Of a DNA stretch of 63,564 bases, positions 1 to 12,994 are shown in pieces. Source of the DNA: Octopus bimaculoides (lineage: Eukaryota); contig NC_068985.1 of the NCBI RefSeq assembly GCF_001194135.2, positions 47,443,084 to 47,506,647 on the forward strand. The letters are read 5' to 3'. The translations under genes were made by a program, and so were the position numbers. Under the pieces are notes generated by a model. The model worked only from the letters and a program-made list of their open reading frames with translations. It ran no database searches and had not been told where the DNA came from. How positions within the stretch are numbered: the stretch's first letter is position 1; each line of letters opens with the position of its first letter.

Positions 1-31
<31 letters not shown>

Positions 32-936
32 TACCCACTGAAGAGTTTTCGTTATATATTCAACTACCGAATCCCCAGTAAGATATCTGGATACGCACAG
101 CTAAAGGCTGTATAGAAAATTCGTCCCCTTCACAAGAGAGGGAGAGAATGTAAAATATCAATTCAGGTAATGCAAGTTTAATTATTTTCAGTAAAGAGAA
201 GGGAGAGCACTGTACAATATCTTTGAAATTGTATTTGAAGGAGAAAACAAAAGAAAATGCATAATTCGTTTGTATTTCTCTTTAAAAGTAATTAAAACAG
301 TGTTTTTCTAAAAGGCTTAAATAAGATTAGCAACATTTAAAAGCTTTTCTACAACAATAATGAGGCACTTAGCTGAAAATGCAATTTGTATGGAGTTTAA
401 AGTATAATCCAACTGAGCTTCGGGGTTTGGCTTTGGAGTCCGGTATGTGATTGGTTCTCATGTAACAGTTCTCCTGTCTTTGATATTATTAATGTTTCAC
501 AAGGGATTAGATGCATTAGGTTTGTTTATTTGTTTAAATCATATGTTCTTTTAATAGAACGACGTAAAAGTTGAGCTTTAAATTTGTTTATATATTTAAA
601 TTTTCTCGTTAGAAAAATAATATATTCATTGATTTTAATATTTTCTTTTCTATTTTATTGGAGTCATATTATCAATTATACTCTTTCTGTTGTGCATTGG
701 TATATATGGGCTCCAGCTGAAAATGTAAGATAAATACAATATGGACAGGGAATGCATTGCATATATAAATGCATAATACAATATGTATGTATCCAGCTAA
801 CTATAACACACACATACGCACGCGCGCGCGCACACACTCACACAAACATACAAACACACTCTCTTTAAATAAAACTGAACAATGACATACATACATATAT
901 ACATAAATACATACATAAACAATACTCTGTTGCTGA

Positions 937-1041
937 TGTTGAAATCCCAGTGAAGGAGCCTTGGACCTAGGTTAGAAATCGGCGCTTTCTCTATTGGCAA
1001 GCAATTTTGAACTAAAACTGAATGTCATGCATACATACATA
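937..1041 (+). repeat. Interspersed repeat with a second copy at about 29284-29393; family unassigned
   Basis: TGTTGAAAT.CC..GAAGGAGCCTTGGA.CTAGGTTAGAAA.CGGC..TCTCTATTGGCAA..AAAACTGAAT is shared by both loci. Confidence 0.8.
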
Positions 1042-2558
1042 ATACATACATTTATATATTTGTCGTTCAATGCTCAAAATGAGGAGTAGATAGACAGCCG
1101 ACAACTGATGAAGGGTCGTTCTTTGTGTTACTTCTCCTTTTTTCCATTTGTTTCTCTCGTTGTTTGCATATTGAAGTCATTTGTTTTCGTATTTCATGTT
1201 GTTTACTGTTGGTGACGTCCTGTACCCATATATGCATNNNNNNNNNNNNNNNNNNNNNNNNNNNNNNNNNNNNNNNNNNNNNNNNNNNNNNNNNNNNNNN
1301 NNNNNNNNNNNNNNNNNNNNNNNNNNNNNNNNNNNNNNNNNNNNNNNNNNNNNNNNNNNNNNNNNNNNNNNNNNNNNNNNNNNNNNNNNNNNNNNNNNNN
1401 NNNNNNNNNNNNNNNNNNNNNNNNNNNNNNNNNNNNNNNNNNNNNNNNNNNNNNNNNNNNNNNNNNNNNNNNNNNNNNNNNNNNNNNNNNNNNNNNNNNN
1501 NNNNNNNNNNNNNNNNNNNNNNNNNNNNNNNNNNNNNNNNNNNNNNNNNNNNNNNNNNNNNNNNNNNNNNNNNNNNNNNNNNNNNNNNNNNNNNNNNNNN
1601 NNNNNNNNNNNNNNNNNNNNNNNNNNNNNNNNNNNNNNNNNNNNNNNNNNNNNNNNNNNNNNNNNNNNNNNNNNNNNNNNNNNNNNNNNNNNNNNNNNNN
1701 NNNNNNNNNNNNNNNNNNNNNNNNNNNNNNNNNNNNNNNNNNNNNNNNNNNNNNNNNNNNNNNNNNNNNNNNNNNNNNNNNNNNNNNNNNNNNNNNNNNN
1801 NNNNNNNNNNNNNNNNNNNNNNNNNNNNNNNNNNNNNNNNNNNNNNNNNNNNNNNNNNNNNNNNNNNNNNNNNATATATATATTTATATATTTGTATATA
1901 TATACATATGTATATATATATATACACACGATTTTACGTTCAGTGTTCAAATTCCACTGAGGTCAACTTTTCCTTACCTTGTTTTGTCGTTGATAATATA
2001 AATATCAATTGAAAACTGGTATCGATGTATTCCACTTACCTCATCCACCAAAATTGTTGCACTTGTTTGAAATTTGAAACCACTATTTTCTATTCATATA
2101 CTCACCTATATTCATCGGTTATTAAGAACGCTTGCATCCAGAATTGGTAAAAACAAAGACAAATTATCATACCTAAAACGTCTGTATACATACATAAATA
2201 CACAGAGATACTGAAAGATGCGTAGAGAGTTAGATTGCTGGATGCATATACCTGTGTATATATGTGTATATATATGTATGTGTGTGTGTGATATATACAT
2301 ATATGACATATATACAAACATATATAAACACACACACAGAGACACACACACGCACGCACACACATACACACATATTCATACTTTCTCACACACATATATA
2401 CATAAATCTCATATGAACACTCACACATGCATATATATAGAAATCACACACAAACACTTATAGATAGAGATTTCCATGTATGAAGAAGTCTGAACGCAGT
2501 AAAAGTACGATTCTCGGATGAAAGGGCGGTAATTATATATGCATCCACATGTATATAC

Positions 2559-2594
<36 letters not shown>

Positions 2595-2619
2595 ATGTAT
2601 GTGTGTGTGTATTTGTGTT

Positions 2620-2998
2620 ATTTCTTTACTACCCACAAGGGGCTACACACAGAGGGGACAAACAAGGCCAGACAAACGGATTAAATCGATTATATCGACC
2701 CCAGTGCGTAACTGGTACTTATTTAATCGACCCCGAAAGGATGAAAGGCAAAGTCGACCTCGGCGGAATTTGAACTCAGAACGTAGCGGGCAGACGAAAT
2801 ACCTATTTCGTTATTGCCCACAAGGGACTAAACATAGAGGGAACAAACAAGAAAAGACGAACGGATTAAGTCGATTACATCGACCCCAGTGCGTAACTGG
2901 TACTTAATTTATCGACCCCGAAAGGATGAAAGGCAAAGTCGACCTCGGTGGAATTTGAACTCAGAACGTAAAGGCAGACGAAATACCGCTAGGCATTT
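2620..2998 (-). mobile_element. Two tandem copies of an octopus OR-type tRNA-derived SINE (2620-2803, 2804-2998)
   Basis: Both contain ATCGACCCCAGTGCGTAACTGGTACTT..ATCGACCCCGAAAGGATGAAAGGCAAAGTCGACCTCGG.GGAATTTGAACTCAGAACGTA. The same family occurs at 12151 and 32640. Confidence 0.85.
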
Positions 2999-5385
2999 GT
3001 GTGCTCAGAAAAATTTGAACGCATGAAAAATACGTTTTTAATTTTTTAAGGAACTATAAAAAGGATTATATATTTTTTCCGTTGGAGTAGTTATAATTCA
3101 TTTTTCTTTATTGCATTTTGTCTTATTGTAATCAATATTATAATAAGAACTGTTTTAATTTCTGTTCATTCCTTTCTCTTTCCGTCCGTTACACTTTACC
3201 ATCAAATCAAGATAATTTTGAAGCAATTTATTTTGGGAAACGAAATAAAATCAGTGGGTTTATACAATTTATTCATTCAATTCACACATGCAAACCAGCA
3301 AACAGAAGGTCTTGTCAATTTTTTATTTTATTTATTCATTTATTTATTTTTGTGTAGTATCTTATTGATACAGCACCATAAAGAAAAGTAGCCATCGACT
3401 CTCAGTTAGAACAGACTGGTTGATGACAGGAAAAAAAAGAAGGCTGAAAGAAGAAAGAATATTTACTAAAAAACTGTGACACATTTACAAGAAGGTTTTG
3501 TTCGTAAAACAGTTAATTCTACTGTGAATATATTCCATTTTTAAGATGGGTAAACTCTTTTACATGTACATGTATTCTGTTAAACACTTAATTCTGTTGT
3601 AAACCTATCTCGATTGAATGTATTTCTTTTAGCCACTTGAAACCAATTATTGTTGAGGTAGATACACTATTTTCGAAACACTTCAGTAGTTTGACATTCA
3701 GTTTTTCCGTTTGTAACATAAATGGATAAATTACTTTCACTTCAATGTTCATTTATGTACAATAATTGTGAAATTAAACAATGTCACAAAAACATTTTGC
3801 GACAAGAATAATTGAGAGAACAGAATAATTCAGCGAAACATATCATTTGTCAATTTGTTTATCTATCTGGAAATTTTGAGTAAGATATTTCACTGTAATA
3901 CATAATCTTTATCTAAATATTGGGGAAGTAGTTATAAAAATTATGAAACTTCCCTTCACATTTATCTTCAGTCAGAAATATCATTAACATGCGTTCATAT
4001 TTCCCGAAATTGAAAGACTTTGATTGTTACAGGACCTGCTAAGTATAGGTTGCCAAGTCTACCTTAAAGCAGCCAGAAAAGTCATTAAAATGATGGAAAC
4101 CGACACTTGAAAATGTGATTTTCTATGTAGGACACTTAAGTAAATATTGTACAACAGTGCAGAGAGGAATATACTAAATTTGAAGAATATGGATTAAAAT
4201 AATTTAGAAATACGAAATTTAGGCTAACAATGTTAAAAGAATACTTATTAAATCTTCACTGAGAAATACAAACTGAATATCAATATTGTACATCTATTTT
4301 GCTGAAAGTGGAAACGTAGGCAAAGTGAATAACTTCCTTATTCTTTGAAAAAGTCTTTGTGTTTAAACAGAAGATATTTTATATTAAAGATAACATTTTC
4401 AATGAAGAATTTTAAATTTTAAATTTTGCCATCTTGCCATTAGCAAAGGAAAAGAATGAAGATAGTATTTGATAAAAATATATTAACGCAGAAATATTAA
4501 ACAAGAAAAAATAAACGAAAAAGAATGCTTCGTGATTTCAGAAATAGCCTTCTTACAATGTCCAAAAATTCCTTCCAGTTTTTTAGGTAAAGGTATTATT
4601 CGAATAGGCCTCACAAAGCAACGTAAAATATATACACCTAAACTCACATCCACAAACACATATACTTTCTGAGAGTATATATACATATGTGTGTGTGCGC
4701 GTGTGAGTGTTTGTGATGGCTATAGGTATAACGTTTTATTCTGTTATTTTTTCCGTTCCTCATATACGCTTTACGCCTAACATTTCGTCATGTGAATACA
4801 CCTATCCTACCTTCATTTTGACCCTCTAGCTGCCCGAAAAATCTCTCAGAGAAACAAAAGATGTTCTACTTTTGCATCAGAGCTGTATTGCAGTTTTTCC
4901 TTCTTCATAGTTTCTCTTCATACATTTCTCCCGGTAGAATCTCACACCCTTTCCCTTGCATGTAATTATACAACAACCTCAGTGTTATTGCTAAACTCAC
5001 TTTCACTTCTCATTCTTCATCGGATCGACCTATTCACTTTCCCGCTTTCATCACACACGTTACAATTATACACCATTATATCGTACCCTACGCACCTCAT
5101 CTCTATATCTGAATACCTCTACGCAATACACTTTCCCCAAAATACCACATGCACGTATCTAGCCCCTTCAGCCAATCACAATACAAAGATCCACTCCTAT
5201 ACTCGCATACACTCAGAACCCTTTTTAACTGATCTATAAAAACACATTTTTTCTCATTTCAATCTCGCCAGTACTTCTATGCTTTTATTCTGACGAAGGC
5301 CTAGTATCTGAAACGTATTTCCCATAATTTTAAATGATAAACTTATACAATATTTATTAAAATTAGTCCCTCTTGCGTTTTCTTG

Positions 5386-5435
<50 letters not shown>

Positions 5436-7207
5436 GAAAATTAAAGGAAAACAAGATGAAATGAGTCCATATTAAAGATTAATAACGTTATGGACATTGT
5501 TTTTTTTTGGCGGGTAGTATTAAAAGAGTGGAGGAAAGACTAGAATGAACTCGAAATCGGACGAGGAAAAAAACAAAAAGTTAGAAGTACTAAAAGTACT
5601 AAAAGTACTAAAATTCAGGTTCATGTGTTTATCTGATATGTGCGTGTAGTTGGTGTACTAAACATTCACTGAACGAAAGTCTCTAATACTGTTCAAAGTA
5701 TCAAAATGCCATTTAATATTGACTATAACTCTTTATCGTAAAAATTTATTTTCAAACAGGCTCCACAAAATTGTTTTGAGAAGCCAGTTTAATGGTCGAA
5801 TTTTCGAGGTGTACAGTCACTATTAAAATGAAATTTATATTTTTATAATTCTATACAACTAAATATTTTTATAATGGCTGCGTTCAACTTTCCATTCTAA
5901 TCTCAGTTTATTTATCATAAAATTTATTTTGCCAGAAGTCAAACCAATTTCGTTCGGATGCAACCGAGCGAAAAATTTTCATGTAAAGGGTTTTTACCTT
6001 TGTTATATAACTTGTCAACCGCAGAATGGTGAAAGATAATAATGAAAACAATAATTGTAGTTTGGCGCATTATCGTTTTACCTAACAGTTTTTACTGAGT
6101 GAAACCAATTTACTTTATCAAATGTAATGGTATACATACAACTACTGTTTGTTTCAGTATGGCGGTATATCTTTATATTTGATTTATTTCATTCTCTTTA
6201 TTTTCATTTTTATCCCCCACTCTCTCTCTGTTTCTCTGTCCATCTCTTACTCACAATTTCTTTTTTTCTCCACTATCTCATTATATTTATCTATCAGTTA
6301 AAATCCATCCTTCAGATTGAATTAGTGGTCATAGGATGAGTCACATTTTGAAAATCAGTTAATCATTGAAATGAAAAGACGATTTGAGAGAGTGCTTATA
6401 GCAGTGAAAGCAATAACACACAGGATATACAAGAACACTTCACACGAAATGGAAAAGATTTACAGAGGAATTCAAGACCTTATAGCTTCAGAGAGATCTA
6501 ATAGAAGATCAATGCATTAGACGTACCTTGATCAGCTTAAAGAGTTCATGTATAGACTATTTGGTTATATCAAGAATGTGTAGTCTGTAGTTGACAAGTG
6601 CCATCTTGAAAGACTGCGAATATATTCAATCGACAAACTTCAGGAAGTTGGCCGTGGATTCCCGTGACATCAATGACTTTTCGATGTCAATATGCTAGCG
6701 GGTATGCCACTGAAATCGACCACATCTCTCCATGTGGATCATACTTCGTCATAGCCAAAGATAAAGAGCAATTATGGGAAATGTCAAGAGAAATAGCGAC
6801 CATCGCTTGTTAAATGAGATGTATTCGAAAACATTATTTTCAATTATTTAGACTACAGCCTAGTTAGGTTTATTCTATTTCGCTACAACAGAATTCGATC
6901 TCTTCACTATTGATTAGCAGTCTAATATTTCATGTACATGCTATTTGACGTTATAGTTTAGATTCTTTTCTTCGTCAGCTCATACCCCCCCCCCCCTAAC
7001 ACGTGATAAGGTATGGAGAACAATCAAGATGTATTCTTTTGCTGCCTTACAATATTTCCTTTCAGACAAAGCGGTAACTTTATTTCATTTTAAAATATAA
7101 TAAACCATTATTCCATTATTTAGCTATGGACGTTGGTAGATCGGTATTATATCTAATCTATTTGCACTTTGGTTACATTTTTATTTCGTATNNNNNNNNN
7201 NTATATA

Positions 7208-8394
7208 CAGGGGCTAGTCAAAATAATGGAAACACCTTGCATCAAAGCATCATAATTTTGAAATATCTATAAAACCGCTAAAAGCTTGTTCATTTTTATG
7301 TTTTTGGATTTATCATTAGTGTTGCTTCATATGTTTTGCTAGAATTCCTGTTTCTTTTCAAATATCACGAGAAAAAGTTAATTAAAATTCATTAAAATGA
7401 CAGATCTATCGGACTTTCAAAGAGGTCAAATTGTTGGTGCTCATATAGCAGACGCTAGCGTAACGAAAGTAGCCGAAATGTTTGGTGTATCAAGAAGTAC
7501 TCTCTCGAAAGTACTTCTTCGAGAAAGAAGAAAAAACCTCCTCATCGAAACAAAACTCCAGAAGAAAACGAAAACTTTTAGATAGGGACCGTCGGACTCT
7601 TACTCGAATTGTTAGAAAGGATCATAAAATTACAGTTCCTAAAGTTATTGCAGAGCTTAGTGACCACCTCGAGAACCCAGTTTCCACAAAAACTGTTTGC
7701 CGGAAGCTGCATAAAACCGAACTTCACGGGAGGGCTGCAATTAGAAAACCTTTACTTTCAGAAACAAACGTTGCAAAGCGTTTAGAGTGGAGTAAAAACT
7801 TAGAGAATTCGTCCCTAGAGCAGTGGAAGAATGTTATTTTCTCGGACAAGTCATCATTTACTATATTTCCGACCACCGGCCGAGTATACGTGTGGAGACA
7901 GCCAAAAGAAGCATTTGACTCAGACTGCCTTTTTCCAACTGTTAAACATGGGGTAGGATCTGTGATGATCTGAAGGGCTATATCTTCGAAGTGCGCTGGC
8001 CCAATGGTTTCCCTTCATGGCAGAATTAATAGTCAAGACACTTAAAGTATTTTATCTGATCAAGTTCATCCTATGGTTGCGGAGCTGCACTCTTTCAGGA
8101 TGATAATACACGAATTCACACAGTTAAAGCTGTTACTGAATGGTGCAAGGAACATTCTAGTGAAGTTGAACATCTTATCTGGCCACCATAGTCTCCATAT
8201 CTCAATATTATTGAACACTTATGGTGCATTTTAGAAAAACAAATATGAAGTCGATATCCACCACCACCATCATCACTACAAGAAATGGAGACTGTTTTAG
8301 CTAAAGAATGGACAAAAATTCCTTTAGAAGCAATTCAAACTTTGTACGAATTCAAGTTGTAATTACAGCCAAAGGCGGTCCTACCTCGTACTAA
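7208..8394 (+). mobile_element. Tc1-family (DD34E) DNA transposon, degenerate; left TIR present, right TIR missing
   Basis: TA then CAGGGGCTAGTCAAAATAATGGAAACACC (Tc1-type TIR) at 7208. Transposase starts at 7397 (MTDLSDFQRGQIVGA), frameshifts into the 7482-7973 frame (RKPLLSE, WKNVIFSDKS, TVKHGVGSVMI), then FQDDN near 8095, WPP*SPYLNIIEHLW near 8180-8224, and ends GGPTSY* at 8394. Stops and frameshifts throughout. Confidence 0.93.
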
Positions 8395-8400
8395 AATAGC

Positions 8401-9605
8401 AGATTAAGGTGACATTTGTCTTTCTGGCCATGCTTTAAGTACCCTCCAAAGAATTCTTGCAGTTTCAAACAATGTTGATTTTTGTAGGTGTTCTACCTTC
8501 CCACTTGCACCGATCTTTTTCAGCCATGTTGGTTGTTGAGTGCTGATACTTCCAAGTGCACCAATCGCTATTGGTATCATGTCTACTCTCTTCATTGAAC
8601 ACAACCTTCGTATTACCTGCTTTAAATATTCATAGTTGTTTATTTATTTTCTTTCCCATCAATCCTGTTGTCACCGCGGCATGCTATGTCGATTATCATA
8701 CACGTTCTTTGTTTTCTATTCACTACAACAATGTCTGGTTTCCGATGTCTGGTCAGGTGATCGCACTGGATTTTTACATCCCACAGGATTTTGTGATCCC
8801 CATTTTCGGTGACACTGTCTGGTGTTTACTGATACCACGTCTTTGCTCTTTGTAGGCCGTGATTCCAAGCGGATAATTCTTGCGACATTGGCATAGCGTC
8901 GTTTGTATTCGAGTTGGGCCAATTTCGGGCATTCGCTAAAGATGTGCCATACCGTTTCACTCCTCTCACCACCCATTCAGCATTTGTCGCTATCGCTGGT
9001 GTTGTCTATTCTGGGTTGCGCATATGAGTGCTTCTGTCTCTATCTTCAGGTCACTTCTCTTCATCCATGGCCACTGGATCTCTGCATTTGTCTTGGCGTT
9101 CACATCTCTTGCAAACTGACCATACATTTTCTTTTTTTCCATGCCTTTTCTTTTTCGGCATTTTTTATATACCACACTTGGCTGTTTTTCTCTGCTTCGA
9201 TAGAGTCCTGGCAATTGATCAAGCCTACCCCACTCTTCCTGTCTCTCTATCAGTGTCACTCTTAGGGTGGAACGCTCAGTGTATTGTCAGTATTTTTCTG
9301 GTCTTGGTATCCATTTTCTTTATTTCATCCACTCAGGTTTGAGCGTAGCACCAACCTCAGTTTTCAGAAATACTTTATCCTCAGTTGCTCCTTCATTTCC
9401 TTTTCCATTATCTTGTTGACTTCTCGTGCACCAATATATTTGTATCCTTCCATTTCAATTTAATCAAGTCTCTATTCGATACTTCTATCCTTGCTATGTC
9501 TTTCCCCTTTGTAAGTTGATTATTCCGCACTTTTTAAGTCCAAATTCCATTCCCTTATAATTTGAGCCCTTGTGCATTATTCAGGCCTTGTCCATTTCGC
9601 TCTAA
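8401..9605 (-). mobile_element. R4/Dong-clade non-LTR retrotransposon fragment A (RT C-terminus, CCHC knuckle, REL endonuclease)
   Basis: Minus-strand remnants: MEFGLKKC (9527-9550), MDTKTRKILT..AFHPKSDTD, MYGQFARD..WPWMKRSDLKIETEALICA, ETVWHIFSECPKLAQLEYKRR, IPIAIGALG..HLQKSTLFETARILWRVL. These match the R4-clade ORF C-terminus. Confidence 0.88.
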
Positions 9606-10364
9606 CTTTGAATGATTTCTATCTTTAATTTGTTTTCGACTCTAACGTACGTTGACTAGAAAAATAATAAGGCTCAGGATATTTATAAAACCTTCGTAAA
9701 TATCTCTATTATATTGGAAATGCCAAGACGTTTCAAAGCCAACTACGTAGTCATTGTTTGTTTCATTACCTTAAGGCTGGCAGGGCGATAATCATGACTG
9801 AATAAGGATTAAAGAAACAAACGATTAAATTAATATTAAAATTAACATCCAAACTGTTCATTTGATAATAAGAACAATGACATTTACAATATTCTAGAAA
9901 ATTATTCCAGTTAATAACATTTTTGTGGATTTCTCACAACAGGCTTCTGAAACACCTGATATATCAAACAACAAATATTAAGCACACACGCAGGTATTTT
10001 GTATTGAAAACTTTCTAACTGCTTTATATATTTTTCTTTATGGTACCTATTTCTGTTATCTGTTTTGCATTATTGTTTACTCTTCCCTTCAGTTTCTGTT
10101 GTTATGCTCCAATCCACATTGTTTATTTTTCTTTTCTGTTTTACTTTCAAAATTCTTTATTCTTTATCTTTTTGGTATTGACTTTGCTTTGGTGCTTTGA
10201 AATAGTCTTCCGTGCACTCTAACTTTACCTCATTGAAGCTCAGTCATCGTCATCATCATCATAATCATCATCAGCAGCAGCAACAACGACAACTAAAACA
10301 GCATCTTGCTTGATTTTTGTGTGTAAAATTTGTAATTTTGCATGTGGTATTGGTTTGCTAGAGT

Positions 10365-10440
10365 GTGTATGTATGGAAATGCATGAGTAAGTGTATGTAT
10401 GGAAATGTATGAGTAAGTGTATGTATGGAAATGTATGACT
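10365..10440. repeat. 26-bp minisatellite, about 3 copies
   Basis: Unit GTGTATGTATGGAAATG(C/T)ATGAGTAA. Confidence 0.9.
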
Positions 10441-11990
10441 GTGTGTTTGTACCAGAGCAAAGATTGATATTGTTAATATAAGGTTGCCATTTATTGTGTT
10501 TAATCTGCCGTTCATTTTATTTTAAATAATTCTCCTGTCGATTAAATGCTTCAATAATGTTATTATTTACATGGAAGACTTTTATTCTTGTAGTTGTTTA
10601 ACCCTAGTCAATGCAAATTGAGTAAAACTGTGATCAAAGTCATTCGAACAGTTACTATTTATTTGTTACCTCAGAGAAAGTTTAATAACCACACACTCCA
10701 CTATAACATTTTCTTTGTGAATAAAGTGAAAGTTGGTTGTTATGTGTTGCAGAATGCGTCAGTGCATACAGAATATTTTGTTGGTTGTAGAAATTTGAAA
10801 GGAGCAGAAGTGTGTTCAATAAGGGACTAATTGTATGGTAAAATTCTTATTCACCACATCAGAGATCCTACCATATGGGTATTATTAATATCGTATATCC
10901 TCCATTATGACCAGTACCCATAACACATATTTGTATTTCGAATGCTTTTGCTTTAAGTTGATTACTATGTCCTTGGCCGTGAGATATGACTTATCAACCA
11001 AAGCACGGCTAATAACTTTTAGTGGGATGGGGGTGCTTTTTACATTTTATTAATTTTTATGTGTATCAAGTTTAATTTACTAAGATCACCCTGTTGATTT
11101 TTCACAATTTTATGGTTATACACATCAGCAGCTAACGAAAATCTTATCCTCTGTGGGCATTGTCGTGTTCCACATGATTTTTCATCCAATTTTTCATATA
11201 AAATACTCAGTATTGAGCTAGAATTATTTTTCGATGGTTCACTTAATATAGATTCCAAATATTTCATTCGTGCCTTTGCATGTATTCTGTTTTAGCTAAT
11301 ATTATTTTGCTTTGTAGCATTTTTGCCAACAAACTTAATATGTAGTCAACATTGGTACACAATCGGGATTATCAGTTTGTATCATAATGTCCTAAAATGG
11401 CGTATTTGCATTTTGTTGATGCAATTTTGTCCGTAGCTTATATTTTCCTTGTACAACATTCTCTTTCCACAGCCCTTAGCATGTTCTTTCTGTGTGGTTT
11501 CATCGATATATACACCAAATATCAATCATAATGATTTTTCATTCCTTTAAGCTTTTTATTTCACTGATATGCAACAAGTACATATAGAAGGCAATGAATT
11601 AGTAGCAACGTTATAGGACAAGACAACCAACCTTTCGGTACTTCTTCTGAAACTTTGCATTCCGGCCACATTGTATAGTAAGATCAATTTTGCTTTTCCA
11701 CCATCGATAAAATAAACTACTAATCAATGTGATTCTAATTAACTGTTACTGGTAACTGCTTAACTTTCTCTAGCAGCGAGACTACAGTTGAAAACCTTTC
11801 TGGACTACAAATATGGATTTTACTTCTCTTCTTATTCCTAATATCAACTATTGCTTATGTAGATGTGGCTGCACTTCTGACTATCCTTCTTAGCTTCATG
11901 GCAAATATTCTCCATTATTTTCATCATCGTACAACCAGCACTCATATCTTCGTTCTTAGTAATTTATTTATTTATTTATTTATTTATATA

Positions 11991-12077
11991 CCATCATCAT
12001 CACCATCATCGTCATCATCATCATCATCATTATTATTATCATCATCATTATTATTATTATTATTATCATCATCATCA

Positions 12078-12147
<70 letters not shown>

Positions 12148-12150
12148 TAC
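11991..12150. repeat. (CAT/TAT)n microsatellite, one of many (TA, CA, CT, TAT, TCT, GATA, ACT/ACC arrays occur throughout)
   Basis: Seen directly. Similar arrays at 12939-12994, 32372-32436, 32547-32630, 35103-35214, 35705-35760, 35913-36038, 49620-49710 and 60355-60505. Most N gaps are bounded by such repeats. Confidence 0.97.
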
Positions 12151-12358
12151 GGCGGTGAGCTGGCAGAATCGTTAGCACGCCGGGCGAAAGGCTTAGCGAC
12201 ATTTCGTCTATTTTCTAAGTTCAAATTACGCCAAGGCCGACTCTGCATTTCGTCCTTTCAGAGTCGATAAAATAAGCACCAGTTGAGCACTAGAGTCAAT
12301 GTAAACGACTATGCGCCCCCAAAACTTCAGGCCTTGTGCCTATAGTAGAAAGGAATAT
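12151..12358 (+). mobile_element. OR-type SINE, near full length
   Basis: GGCGGTGAGCTGGCAGAATCGTTAGCACGCCGGGCGAA head, TTCAAAT B-box region, GTCGATAAAATAAGCACCAGTTGAGCACT body. Starts directly after a (TAT)n array. Confidence 0.85.
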
Positions 12359-12359
12359 T

Positions 12360-12938
12360 TTTTTGTTTGACTCAGGTTCGGTCTTATTCCTGGTAAGATC
12401 TATATGTGTAGCGGCTTACTACTTGTAACCTTAAGTATCTACAAGTTTTCAGTAGTCTTCCAAGTGCTTAGAACCCTCCCGATAATCCTTGCTCTCCCTA
12501 AGAGACAAACTTTCTGTAGGAGCTCTACAGAGTATTCCAATCTCTGTCAGCCATTTGTCTATATCTTTGTTTACTGTTCCCAACATATTGTTATAGGTAC
12601 AACCTTTATAGCTCTCATACCTCAAACTCTCCCTATTACTAATCTTAAGGGATTGTATTTTTTTGTTTTTGTTTTTCGTTCTCTTTCTTTCGATCCTGAA
12701 ATCAAACAGGCATTATGGGTCGATTAGTAAGCAACTTTGCTTTTCCTTATTTCTAATTGTTGTATCCGATCTGTTATTTTCTTACTTGTCCCACAAAATC
12801 TTACATTTTTCCGACTTCACTACTTTTCCGACTCGATGATTGTACCATGTGTTACCAGCTTCAAATCCCCAAAGTTTCCAGTGTAAAACTTTTTGCAGCT
12901 TGGTCGTGCCTCCATTTCTTATACTCTTCCTGTGCCAC
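12360..12938 (-). mobile_element. R4/Dong-clade fragment B (3' end, REL domain), 5' end abutting (TAA)n
   Basis: Minus-strand translation across frameshifts: AQEEYKKWRHDQ..LHWKL..GFEAGNTWYNH..EKCKILWD, IKVVPITI, ELLQKVCLLGRARIIGRVL. The (TAT)n array begins at 12939. Confidence 0.82.

Positions 12939-12994
<56 letters not shown>

Noticed and set aside
3960-4150. YFPKLKDFD resembling a hAT/Buster transposase segment
   Set aside because: Single weak motif; no TIR or catalytic residues seen.
6371-6830. Purine-rich coding-like stretch with TYLDQLKE, similar to an RTE C-terminus
   Set aside because: Only one short motif and several stops; not enough to call.
11040-11520. Protein-like minus-strand stretches (FGVYIDETTQ..; MKYLESILSE..)
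   Set aside because: Interrupted by stops, no family recognised with confidence, and no clear splice sites; possibly an ancient TE relic.
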